64,000 nucleotides of DNA, taken from Epithemia pelagica (taxonomy: Eukaryota; Protista; Bacillariophyta). Shown here piece by piece: positions 51,253 through 63,066 of this stretch. The number at the start of each line of letters is the position of its first letter. Position 1 is the first letter of the stretch. The stretch is from positions 1,364,001-1,428,000 of the forward strand of contig OX337230.1 in assembly GCA_946965045.2 (NCBI GenBank), read 5' to 3'. A program made the translations under genes and the position numbers. The notes beneath the pieces are model-generated. The model saw only the letters and a program-made list of their open reading frames with translations, had not been told where the DNA came from and made no database searches.

Positions 51253-52979
51253 GTGATGAGTGATGAGTGTTGTCTACTTCCACGACTCCACCGAAACCGA
51301 AAACTTACGTTGTCCAAGTGTCAAGCATTGATTCGGATTGGGAGAGAAGGAGAACCAAGACCATGATGCGTCGAAACAAGCCCAAAGAGATACGGGCAAT
51401 TCCAGAAATTTCCCACCAACTGATTTTTGGTTGCGTCAGTGGCTATCATCGAGCATTGTGCTAGAAAAATAATTCAGTAGGCATAATCTTTATACTCGTA
51501 CGAGTACTACTCGTAATCAGTACCTCTATTTGCTCTCTAGAGCAACTAGTCGAGGTGAGTTCCTAGAGAGACCTCTTTTTGATTGCATCTGTAAAAAGAG
51601 GTGTCGTCGTAAAAAAAATAATGTGAGAGCGATGGGAATTTTGATATTGGGACTACGGACTCATAGACTGCTAAGCTACCTGTACCAGATACGAGTACTC
51701 GTAGTTATTGTATTATGTAGTCGAACGAGTACAAGTAGAAAGTCTGGTAGGGAAAGTACAATATGGTCTGTACGAGTAGTCCTTACCCCATCTAGGTAGA
51801 AACATTTGGTTTTAATGTACTCCTACTAGTACTCTTTTACTCTATACTCGTACTCGTACTCTTAGACTACTCGTACGAGTACTCTCACTGGCATTGGTTG
51901 GGATATGTTTTAGATGTCAACATCAGAACCTGAGTTGATAAGCCCCAGAGCTTAGAGTTTTCTTGTTCCGGCAGCAAGAAAAGTCATTCGGTCACCTTGG
52001 ACCTTTTTGGCGGTTTGTCCACACCAACCTCACAAAAACAAATCCAAAATCCAACAACTCGGACGGACATAAAACCACTTCATCAACAGCATGTGCAGTC
52101 TGAGATACTCCCCGTTTCTTGTCCTGTTTGCCCTTGGTGCCGTCATGGTGCGGGGCGAGAACCCATTGGATGCACTCGGAACGTCGAGTCTCGAAGCTCT
52201 TTGTTACAATTCTCTTGGAATTGCAGTGGCGTTGATGCTCGGTAGAGCAGACAATCAGGTAGTCACCAACCGATACAAACCTCTCCGCGGGTAAGAGAGG
52301 AAAGCAAGTCGTAGTCTATCAAAAGGATAGTCGGGACACAAAAGAGGATGTGATAAATGGTGATATTGTTAGATTGTGTGTTGATTACTACGATAGGTCT
52401 ACGTGAAATGTTTGGTCCTGCCAAGGGTCATGTGTCATAGGTTCTTGGCGGCAACAGGTTTGGAATAGTTGGAGTCGATTCATGTGATGTATATGACATG
52501 TATATGTGGACGGATAACATATACAGGGTCAACAGCTCTTGCTTTGGATTGGCATAGTTGTTTTCATGGCGCGCAGCTTGTTGACAATTTGGAGATTGTG
52601 GGAATGGAAATATGGTCTCGCGTGATCGTGTGTCGTGCTTGGGATACTTAGACCGTTGGGTCGGATAGATGCTGACGGCGCTCGGATGTCGCTTGGGCGC
52701 ACTCGATGATTTCGGGCGTGTACGCCTAGGGCGTTAGTATAATGTCCGAGCAACGGCCAAATTTTTGTCCGTTGTAATACCGCACGACCCAGTTTAGTCT
52801 TGAGAGTGAGTTCGTCAATCTATTCTCACTTTTCATGATTTGCGAAGAAATATAGGTCAATATAGCGCAAAGCTAGGGAACATAGCTTGAAGCTAGATGG
52901 CATGATGCGATAGCACGAGGCTATGTGACATGGGGAATCGATGAGATGTAGAATCTAACCACCATAGACGGTGAGAATT

Positions 52980-55900
52980 CTAACACTCCCCACAACTTGT
53001 CGTTTCAGCCTTGTCATCATTGGATTTGTTGAGGTCTTGAACTTCCCCTTTCCAAAACAACAATGGCTTGAGCATGGGCCAAATAGATACAAAATCCCAA
53101 TGTTTGCTAAGGATATCGGCAGGGTTGGTCTTTCCATCTTTCCAGTAGAATGCAACATACTTTGCTGCGATGGCTTCACAAACTCGGTGGTATGACAGAA
53201 GATGGTGTCTCTTGGATAGTATGGAATGAGGGACGGTTGCATCGAGCACAACAGATCTGTTATCTCCGTACATGTAACTTTGCTCTCGGATAGGTACTCC
53301 AAGGTAGCGGAGAGAATGTCGTAATTCTGTAATCTGATCTATTGCTGTCCTTGCAGCCACAAACTCGGATCCATAGGTAGCAGTTTCCACCGTGCTCTGT
53401 CTCTTGCTGTACCAGTCAATAGGTGTTCCGTTCAACAAATGTAGAACAGCAGTGACGGATTTACCAGTGACTATGTCATGCATGAGATTGGCATCAACAT
53501 AATGAGTTGTGGTAACATAGCGGCCAAGAGGTGTTGGGCAGTCTTCAGGAATACGTTCACTTGCATTCGAATAGACAGTGCGAGTCCAATCAAATTCTTG
53601 GGTAGGAAGACTTGAATAATCAGGCTCTCCAATCCTAAATCTGATTGCGCCTTCTGGGAGATGTGCAAGGTATCCATAGATACGCTTGGCTCTATCAAGA
53701 TGTCCTTTCCTCGGAGCAGCACGAAAGCGTGACAGCGTCATTGTAGCGGTGAAGACGTCGAAACGACCAATAGTGATCACCCATTGGAGTTGTCCAATCA
53801 GAGTTTGGAAATGGCTAGTACCTTCTTCATCAAGGAGCTCAGAATCATCCAATTCAGGATGGTCTCCACCAATAAGAGGTGTTTTGGCTTTCTTGGGTTT
53901 CTCCTTGAAGATTTGTTCGAAAGTGTCCATCATCTTACCAATGTAGCGTCTTGGATCTGCTACTAATGTTCCATCAGAATCCTTGGTGTAACAACATCCC
54001 AAGTGGAAATCAATAGGTCCATCTCCTTTGAGTTTGAAGCTGTATTTCTCCTTCAGGATCTTGCAGATATTCCCAGGATCAGTAGAAATAATGGCTAAGT
54101 CATCAACGTATACGGCAATGTATTCGTAACAGTCTTCTCCAGGTGCTTTCCTCATCCAGATATCCGGATCTGCTTTGCTTGGTGAAAATCCCATGTCTGT
54201 CAAAACATCAAATAAGACATCATGCCAGCGTGCGCCTGATGACTTCAATCCATAAAGTGCCTTGTATATAATCAGGATGTGACCTTCTAATTCCTTGAAT
54301 TCAGGTCCTGCGACAATGAAGATTTTCTCCCCTGTCAAGGCTTCCTGATATGCGTTTCCAATATCTGCTCCCCATATTTCCAAGTCATTCAAAGTACTCA
54401 GGAATAAGGCAATGCGGAGGTTGCGAATGGAAACAACACCTGAATAGATTGTCTCAACAGGTTCTTTTGTGAGATGTCCATCTGCGACAAGTCTTGCTTT
54501 ATGTCGTCCATCATGTTTTACGTCAAAGACAAGATGTACACGTATCTTATGATATCCTTCCAGTGCATTGGATACTTTCCCTTTAATGAAGATGGCTTTC
54601 CCAAAATCCTTGAATGTCTTGTAGGACTGGATCTGTGACAATTCTAATTCTGTTGCATCCTGCCACTTTGTGTTGCCATGTTGTTTATCAAGAGCGACAG
54701 CTTCCTCATAATTGCGTGGTACTTGGAATCCAAACTTATACTTGACGGAATGGTGAACTTCTTTAATCCTTGACTGTTTGGCTGCTCGAATGAGACGTTT
54801 GCTTGTTTTGACATAACGTTCAAATGCTTCCATCCAGGTTCGTTGAGTAAACCATGTTTCTTTCCATAAATTGCTACAGTGATCGGATCATCATTGGCGA
54901 TGAGTGCTCCCCTTGTAATCTGGATCAGTTGTGTTCAGTGGGCCTTGATGGGCAATGACGTCCCTGAACCTGAAAGGATTATCTCCAGAGGTTTGAGCTT
55001 GGTTATCTCGTTCGATATACTCCATGAGTTGATTATAGGATATCATCTCATCAACATCAGAATTCGTCTTTCGGTTTATGTACTTGACACGTTCTTCCTG
55101 TTTCGTTGCTTCTTCATTAAGATCAATGACTCGTTTGATGACACGTGCACGGTGTCGCTCCCCATTTTCTTCTGTGTCGCATAGGAATGTGCGTCCTATC
55201 ATGTCGTCAAAATCGATCGTGGGCATTGGTTTGGATGGATCTTCACTATCACTGCGAATGAAGACAGTGTCAGCTTGCTTATCATTGTCATCCTTCTCAG
55301 ACGAATCCTCCCCTGAAGGTCGATCCACACGTAGGTTAGGTGTAGTGGATTCAACACGGCGAACGGCAGAACGGTAGATTATCTGGTTATCCTGGGTGAG
55401 AATCTTCCAAGTAAAAGAATCACCAACGTTGTGAGCAAAACCAACCCAGTGGCCAAGTTTCTCATCAGAAGAAGATGGATATGAACCAGAATTGGGTTCA
55501 GCGGGGTCGATGTCTTCAGATTGCCAACCAAAGAATGGACGGAACTTCTTCCAGTCATACGCTTCCTGGTAACGACGGTGGACAGAGGCATGAAGTGTAG
55601 GATCATAACCTTCTGCGTCAGCATAGATAGAAAAGAAGGGTGCGTCGTCAGGTCCATGATCCTATGGGAGATCCAAAAGGAGATTGAGGTTACAAACAAC
55701 ACGATCGGTGTACTCCCCATAGTTGTCATATGGATGGTTCGACATACTGCCATCAGTCTTGATGTGTTTCCAATCAGGATCATTGTCAGAGGGTGTGGGA
55801 GAATGCGAATGGTCCAGAACACCAGGATCCCATGTGTCGGGTGACGTGAAGATGATCTGAGGTAAGGTATTCATGTCATTGTCGCTGGGGATACCCAACG

Positions 55901-57974
55901 AGTGGATGTAGGCTAACCCATCCTTGATGTGAAGGGGGATAGCACGACCATCAAGTGTAGTGATGCGTTGTTTACCATCAACTTTCACAGATCGTTCATC
56001 AACAGCAAGTCCGAAATGCTCAAATTGACCAGGAGCATGGATAGATAAGCCCTTTCCATAATAAGCATATCCATTGAAGATGCCGACAATAGGTCCATCA
56101 TTGGTCTCAAACTTTGCGGCACATGTGACGACAGGAAGTCCAGTAAGTTCATGGTTATCAATACCCACAATAGTGATATGACGGCCAGTCTTAGAAAGGA
56201 TGCGCATGTCAGAACCAGCAAGTCCTCCATTAGCACCACGGTCAATCAATTGATTTCCTGGTAAAGTAGATTTCCTGGAAAACAAATAGCGTGGAACATG
56301 TCCTGCTTGTTTATGCATGTTGGCTTTGAAAGTAACCTTCTTGCTCGTCTTGGACTTGGCGTTAGAAAGAACACTAGTTAGGTCAGTTGCCGGGTGATTG
56401 ATATCAGTCGTCATGGCTTGGTTGATAAATTGTGTAACCGGATCTGAATCATCTGGTTGCTCAGGAACTGTGCCAGGTGAGTCGTCATCAGATGCAACTT
56501 GGTTGGGGTCAGGATCGGGTTCCGGATCAATGTCGAGGGCATGTGTTTGCACTTTCCTCGGCGTTGTTGATGAAGGTGCTTGAATCATCTTGTTATACTC
56601 AATGATCAACTTGCGATCTTCTTCAGAGAGTTTGAACCATAGGTCACGCGGTAGACTAACCTTGGACAAAGAGGATGGAGATTCAGATGTCACTTTGGTG
56701 TTGTGGACATGATACTCCATATCATCTTGTGAGGTCATGTCAGCATCTGTATCTTGGCCATATAGTGATTCATGTTGTTTGACATGTCGACGGCGACTAT
56801 GAACAGATGACTGGGTTGCTTGATCATGGTCATAAGCTGCGTCTAGAAGAAGACGGAAGTATGATTAATAGCAAAGGGATTTTGCACCGGATTTGGTGTT
56901 CACCACATTATCCAAGATCTTGACTCGGCGGAGATCAGGTACCTTTTCTACAGCTTGCATGAGGAAGGTCATCCTGGTATGATCAGGGATGCGATCAGAC
57001 AATGTCACTAGATTGTCTAGCAAACGTAGCTGCTCTTGAAAGTGTAGAAGAAATTGACGTGTTGTTCCGCGCCATGTGTCGTCAAGACGTAGATTGGAAA
57101 TGTAGTTGGTTAAACGGAGGACTTCTCGTTTTGCTAGGTCGGATTCGGTATGCAAAGAATGTAACTTCTGCAATACTGCACGCGCATCTTCATCATGTTC
57201 ATGTTCACGTTCATAGGCTCGACCTTGGTCAGTCTGAATGATACGGACAAGAACGGAGTAAAGAAATACTTGTTGCTCTTGAAAAAGTTCTTCGGCATAC
57301 TCATCATCATGGGGTGGTGTGTATTTGAAATTCAGAACGTTGGGTAGGCCTTGAGCCTTAGCTGTAGTCTTGAATACACGCCAGAATGAATCGTAGTATC
57401 GTTCATCCTTGAATACCTCATACGCAGTTGCGTCGCGCTTAGTTCCCTTTCTGAATGCTGTAAGGTCTTGTTGAGATTGGGATGCGGCAGTAACTGTGCT
57501 GACAGATTTCACAGATGACGGTGACTTCATTGGCGAGACTGGAACTTGGCTAGGTGGTCCCTTAGAGAAATCTGTGTTGATCCTCCAAGTGTTGAACTCT
57601 TTCCTCGTTAGGTTCATCCAGTCGCTATTGGATAGCTCGTCTTGAATTTCATTGGTCTTGTATATGGCCCAATAAGCCAAGAGCTTGATCTGCTGTCTTG
57701 TGGGACCTTGTAGATCATGTGTCTGTTTGTTGACCTTGTATTGGGTCAGTTTGTTCATGGATTCCTCGGTATTAGTTTGCATATACGAGATAACATGGGT
57801 AATGTTCTCAAAACCATGGTATTTCATCCACTTCATTAAGTAGTCGGCTCTTTCCTTGGTAAAGAATTGGCAGACAGTAAATATGATGTGGTCGAATAGG
57901 TCTGTGTTCGAGACATTGTCTTGGTTATCTTCTCCCTTAGGAGTCGTAGGTGTCTTGGGTGATTGAGGATCCAT
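52980..57974 (-). pseudogene. Broken gag-pol of element C (fragments 56865..57974, 55662..56738, 54891..55328, 52980..54833)
   Basis: Near-identical to 5325..11012. CAA>TAA at ~56865, ~636-bp deletion at ~55511, 56-bp deletion at ~54906. The RT-RNase H portion is still open. Confidence 0.92.
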
Positions 57975-58294
57975 GGTGTTATTTGGTTGATTTGATGTTT
58001 ATTTAATGTGCGGTGTGATGTGGTTTATTTAATGTGTGATGTGATGTGAACCCGGATGTACCACGTGTGCCACGTATGTACCACGTATGTGATACCCGGA
58101 TGTGTGTTGTGATGTGCAACTCCTGGAAATTTCCGTTCAATCCGACAAATTTTCGCCAAGTTTCAACAAATTTTCACCGAATTTTCGCGGTTTGATGGGA
58201 ATGTGTGGCGTGTTGTGCGACCAAGGGTACCCGGATGTGCGTCGAGTTTAAGTCTTGGAAAGGTTTTGAGAGGACGGGAGTTAACTATGAGTAA

Positions 58295-59074
58295 TTAAGC
58301 TTCGGTTTCCGAATCTCCACTCTCTTCCGAATAATCAGAGTCGTTTCCAGGCTCAGATGGGGCAGCACAAGCAACAGAAGAAGGGGTATCACCTTCAGCC
58401 AAGTGGTTCTCGGCCTCGGCACGCAAAGGGAAGATAGTTGCACGATGGTCCTCGATGGTATGGACCTCGTGGATGTAGGCAACGTAGTTATCTAGGCGTA
58501 CAACGTTAGGAGGCAGAGGGCAAGTCGTCGCGTTCACGACGTAGATGGTATTGTAGTATCCAGTTGGGTGCTCGAAGGTTAGGAAGCGGAGGTGGACAGT
58601 ACGGATGGGGTTGCCTGAGAGGGCGGCCAAGATGAGGCGACGCCTCGGAGAGCGATGAAGTTGGTCGTTCAGACGTTCAATGTCTTCTTGGTCGACGATG
58701 TGGGTCACCGATTGGAACTGGCGTTCGATCTGGGTCTCCCCACGGATGATCTCGGGATCGAAGGTCGAAGAAGTTGGTTGACGGAAGTACTTGATATGAT
58801 CAGCAATCAACCGGGTGGTACGACGGGATCGAGAAGGGACGAGCCGACGAGGTGGACTCGGGGGCCGAAGCAACGGCGCAGGGATCGGAGCGTGAGGCTG
58901 GGTTGGAGTCTCGAATGGGTTGCTGTTGGAACTGTCGACGGAGATGTTGACCGATGTGTTGGCTGCCTTCGGCGTCGGCACCAGTTCCTGCTGCACCAGG
59001 GTATCGGGCTGCCCGGAATGCAGGTTGGCTCGATAGATGTGTCGTACAGGAGTGATAAGCTCGTTAGTATCCAT
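58295..59074 (-). CDS. Extra upstream ORF of element C (259 aa), homolog of 4225..5004
   Basis: Same length and intact, with 14 amino-acid differences. Confidence 0.75.
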   Translation of the reverse strand: MDTNELITPVRHIYRANLHSGQPDTLVQQELVPTPKAANTSVNISVDSSNSNPFETPTQPHAPIPAPLLRPPSPPRRLVPSRSRRTTRLIADHIKYFRQPTSSTFDPEIIRGETQIERQFQSVTHIVDQEDIERLNDQLHRSPRRRLILAALSGNPIRTVHLRFLTFEHPTGYYNTIYVVNATTCPLPPNVVRLDNYVAYIHEVHTIEDHRATIFPLRAEAENHLAEGDTPSSVACAAPSEPGNDSDYSEESGDSETEA

Positions 59075-61268
59075 GAAACCACAAGGAAATAAGCTCTGAG
59101 ACTGTTAATCTGTTACAATTCTCTTGGAATTGCAGTGGCGTTGATGCTCGGTAGAGCAGACAATCAGGTAGTCACCAACCGATACAAACCTCTCCACGGG
59201 TAAGAGAGGAAAGCAAGTCGTAGTCTATCAAAAGGATAGTCGGGACACAAAAGAGGATGTGATAAATGGTGATATTGTTAGATTGTGTGTTGATTACTAC
59301 GATAGGTCTACGTGAAATGTTTGGTCCTGCCAAGGGTCATGTGTCATAGGTTCTTGGCGGCAACAGGTTTGGAATAGTTGGAGTCGATTCATGTGATGTA
59401 TATGACATGTATATGTGGACGGATAACATATACAGGGTCAACAGCTCTTGCTTTGGATTGGCATAGTTGTTTTCATGGCGCGCAGCTTGTTGACAATTTG
59501 GAGATTGTGGGAATGGAAATATGGTCTCGCGTGATCGTGTGTCGTGCTTGGGATACTTAGACCGTTGGGTCGGATAGATGCCGACGGCGCTCGGATGTCG
59601 CTTGGGCGCACTCGATGATTTCGGGCGCGTACGCTTAGGGCGTTAGTATAATGTCCAAGCAACGGCCAAATTTTTGTCCGTTGTTATACCGCACGACCCA
59701 GTTTTGTCTTGAGAGTGAGTTCGTCAATCTATTCTCACTTTTCATGATTTGCGAAGAAATATAGGTCGATATAGCGCGAAGCTAGGGAACATAGCTCGAA
59801 GCTAGATGGCATGATGCGATAGCACGAGGCTATGTGACATGGGGAATCGATGAGATGTAGAATCTAACCACCATAGACGGTGAGAATTCTAACACTCTTC
59901 AATATACGTACGACACCTCGATTGGCGACGATTGTTCCTATACGTTGACCCTCCAATTCATTCATGAGAAGGCGTTCCCTAATGGTGGTCCTGACACTTG
60001 CCAAGTCGACGTTGTGGCAGATGATGGTCGCGCCTGCTTTGCCAATCGGTGGCACTACGAACGCCTCGACTGTGCGACAAGAATGGCCACTGGATACGAC
60101 CACGTATCGATTGACTGGAATGTAAGTGAAACATCCCATTTTGCGGCGACGATCCTTCCGAAATAACACTCTATTCTCACCTTGATTACTTTCTGAAAAA
60201 CAGGCATGCGGTCACCCCGGCTTTGGCTTTCAAACACCACACTGCGATCTCCATATGTACACCGTCTCGCCAGAGTTTTGTGCGACGCAAATGAAATGCG
60301 ACAAGATTCATGGTACACCCGTGTGCAAGGAACAATCGCAACAAAGTAGTACAGGAGTTGGCTACTTTGTATTTGGTGAAGTTGCAGGTACTCGTCAGCT
60401 CGACAACTTGCCCAAAGACTACTATTGGGACATGACCGCAGCTGTTGAATTCATGGGGACTCATGCAGGACATGAGGTGGTGCCGGACCACCCGTCCAAC
60501 TGGACTGTCCCTTTGATGTATTTCACCAACTTCAACGGAGCCATTTCCGCTATCGAACCCATGCTTCCCATGACCTATGCGTAAGTTCCGTCGCGTATTC
60601 TTGTCCGACCAATTTGAGAGGTGCCATTGGGCTCTAACATTATTTTTTCATGTTACAGAAGCGGCAATGAGCCACAGTTCTACGAAGAAGTGTTGGAGTA
60701 CGAGGTACAGACTCTTGTGACCATGCCAACCTACTGGTCGATTTCCTTTGACCCTGCTACCGAAATCACCACCGTTGTGTACAAAGGAAAATCCACAATT
60801 TGCAAAAAGGACTTTGAAGAATACAAGGCAACGTGCAACGTGAATGAACCTAAAGATCCCTCTTCGTCTGGTTCTCGCCTCTCGGTCTCTTTCATTGCTG
60901 GTGCTTTGGTTGTTGCCCAGATGATGGCTCTGTACGCCTTTGGGGGGTGGTAAACACAGCCGCACCAACATATTAGGAAACGTGCGTCAGGACAAGTTTT
61001 AGAGAATTCGGGAGGGGCAACGAGTCTTGGACTGCCAGGTACATGCATTGGAACTGTGAGGGGTCTTGATGTGTTTCGATACAATAGACGAAATAAACAG
61101 AGTCACTCGCTCCATAGGTAGTAGTACATTTTTCTTATTTTCCTTTCCGTCAAAGAGATAACTCCTAGATCATAGATCCTGCGTCACGAAGGGACGTGTA
61201 GAGAGGAAAGACTAAAAGAAAACAAAAACAATATGATACCAAAAGACTATTACATACCATAGATCTCA

Positions 61269-62909
61269 ATGCGACCCATCAGTCGCATGTATGGATCCCG
61301 AATGTTTTCATGGATACACCGAAAAGTCGCAAATCGCGATCGAGCATGGAACACACGTTTCGTCCGGGAAATGTTGCTTCGGACCATTGCTATAAGGAAA
61401 GCAGGACCATTCTTACCGACTCGTAAAGCCAGGTTTCATCTCGTGTCGTTGGCAGTCTCTGCCGCCTCCACCACCTTCCCAAACGTTTGGAGTGTCCACC
61501 AGTCCAGTTCTTCCCTTTCGGCAATCTCCCAATTTGACAACGACGACAAGGTTGTTGAAATTATGCCTCTACCGCCTCATTCCTACAAGAATGCCACGTC
61601 TCCCTCCATATCCGTTGTGGTAGACTTGTCCCAAATCGCCGAAAAGGTCAAGTTACGAGAAACACGTCGTCAAGAGGCTTTTCAGTTTTCTCGTAAAATA
61701 CAAGTGGCTCTTGTACGCGCGCAAGACGCTGTTTGGAATGCTGATCCAGACGAGGAAGAATCTATGAATGCCCTTCGAGAGCTTATGGAGGATCCGATTC
61801 TACAGCAGAACTCTGGTGCCCGAGGCCTTCGAGAAGCCAACCTGTCCATTCGTATGGAGGACTATGTTCGTTTGCTTGCCTTTCGTCATTTTTTGGCCAC
61901 CTCCAAACTGCTTCCTCCACCACCTTCGGCTACCGATGAAGAGTATCTAGCGGGAGCTTGCATGTTGCTGGCGCAAGACCTTCAGCGCTATGCTTTGGGT
62001 CGTGCAACTGTCCGAGACTCGGAGAGTATTCAAGCCGCATCCACGCTCGTATCGGATATTCTCGACTTTTTGCTTCAAATGGATTTTCGAAATGGCCCCT
62101 TGCGGCGTAAGTATGATGGCACCAAATGGTGCTTAAGGGCTCTCGAAACTCTGCTCTATGAACTAGCTATTACGAGTGGGGGTGATCCAAAGGAAGACAA
62201 AGCCCCTCATTCCAAACGGCCCAAACATGAATCAATCTTGTTGCCGAATGAAGAACTCGCTTCCATCAAGACGCAAATGGAGCATCGCGACAATCTTCGA
62301 GAACGGCTCATCAAGCTTTGTCGAGATGCACAGAAAGCAGCAAAGCAATCTATATTTGCCCTTCATCGAGGAGACTTGTCTCGAGCTGCTACTCTGATTG
62401 AAACCTGCGAGACATGCATCACCAAAGATTTGATGCCAATCATTCAAGAGGAACCCAATTTGAGATCGGGCTCCTTTGCGGCAGTGTTGGAGGAATACAT
62501 TGAAGCCAGACTCTTCTCGACGTGGATCGGAAGTGATCCCACGAGTCCAACGGGAGAAATTGTTTCCGAGACTGGTTTTGTAGTGGACGTGGAGCCTGAA
62601 GAGTACGTAGGTGGCCTTTGTGATTTGACGGGAGAAGTTGGTAGGTTTGCTGTGCAACGTGGAACTGTAAGAGATTCGAAAAGTGTACAGCTTTGTCTTC
62701 AAACGAACCAAGCCGTGTTGTCGGCCTTGCAAATGATGGAGCATTCACCCATTGGAGGAGGGAAAAAGCTTGATCCAGTTCGCAACAGCGTCGACAAACT
62801 CCAGCGAATGCTCTATGAAATGAGTCTATCTGAAGCAGCTGGGGGGCGGAATGTCAAAAGTGACATTGAAATGGAAGATGTTGACACTCAAGAAAACGAC
62901 CAGTCCTAG
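61269..62909 (+). CDS. Tandem double translin-family (translin/TRAX) protein
   Basis: Two repeats of the translin pattern: ...MEDYVRLLAF...EEYLAG...RATVRD...LYEL and ...LEEYIEARLF...EEYVGGLCDLTGEVGRFAV...LYEM. Confidence 0.82.
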   Translation: MRPISRMYGSRMFSWIHRKVANRDRAWNTRFVREMLLRTIAIRKAGPFLPTRKARFHLVSLAVSAASTTFPNVWSVHQSSSSLSAISQFDNDDKVVEIMPLPPHSYKNATSPSISVVVDLSQIAEKVKLRETRRQEAFQFSRKIQVALVRAQDAVWNADPDEEESMNALRELMEDPILQQNSGARGLREANLSIRMEDYVRLLAFRHFLATSKLLPPPPSATDEEYLAGACMLLAQDLQRYALGRATVRDSESIQAASTLVSDILDFLLQMDFRNGPLRRKYDGTKWCLRALETLLYELAITSGGDPKEDKAPHSKRPKHESILLPNEELASIKTQMEHRDNLRERLIKLCRDAQKAAKQSIFALHRGDLSRAATLIETCETCITKDLMPIIQEEPNLRSGSFAAVLEEYIEARLFSTWIGSDPTSPTGEIVSETGFVVDVEPEEYVGGLCDLTGEVGRFAVQRGTVRDSKSVQLCLQTNQAVLSALQMMEHSPIGGGKKLDPVRNSVDKLQRMLYEMSLSEAAGGRNVKSDIEMEDVDTQENDQS

Positions 62910-63066
62910 CTATTCAATCCGTTCTTGCATTTATAGCGTAGTTCTGGCCTATGTTCTTCATTCAATCTCTCTGCCACGATGATGACGCCTCGACGACATT
63001 ATCAATAATGAACCTATGTTCTCTTGGTACACATACATGATTGATTGTCCATTTTCCAGGCCTAAC

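Larger units (their letters stand above)
52202..59894 (-). mobile_element. Ty1/copia element C, same family as element A, internally deleted
   Basis: 784-bp LTRs (52202-52985, 59111-59894). TSD CTCTT (52197-52201, 59895-59899). PBS at 59093-59110. Nonsense codon in gag and two pol deletions relative to element A. Confidence 0.96.
52091..60953 (+). pseudogene. Secreted, membrane-anchored DUF5602/TTHB210-like protein gene interrupted by copia element C
   Basis: Signal peptide MCSLRYSPFLVLFALGAVMVRG. Removing 52202-59894 plus one CTCTT restores EALQYTYDTS. Introns at 60122-60203 and 60581-60658 give HVSIDWNACGHPGFGFQTPHCDLHMY...NGAISAIEPM and a hydrophobic C-terminus. Confidence 0.75.
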
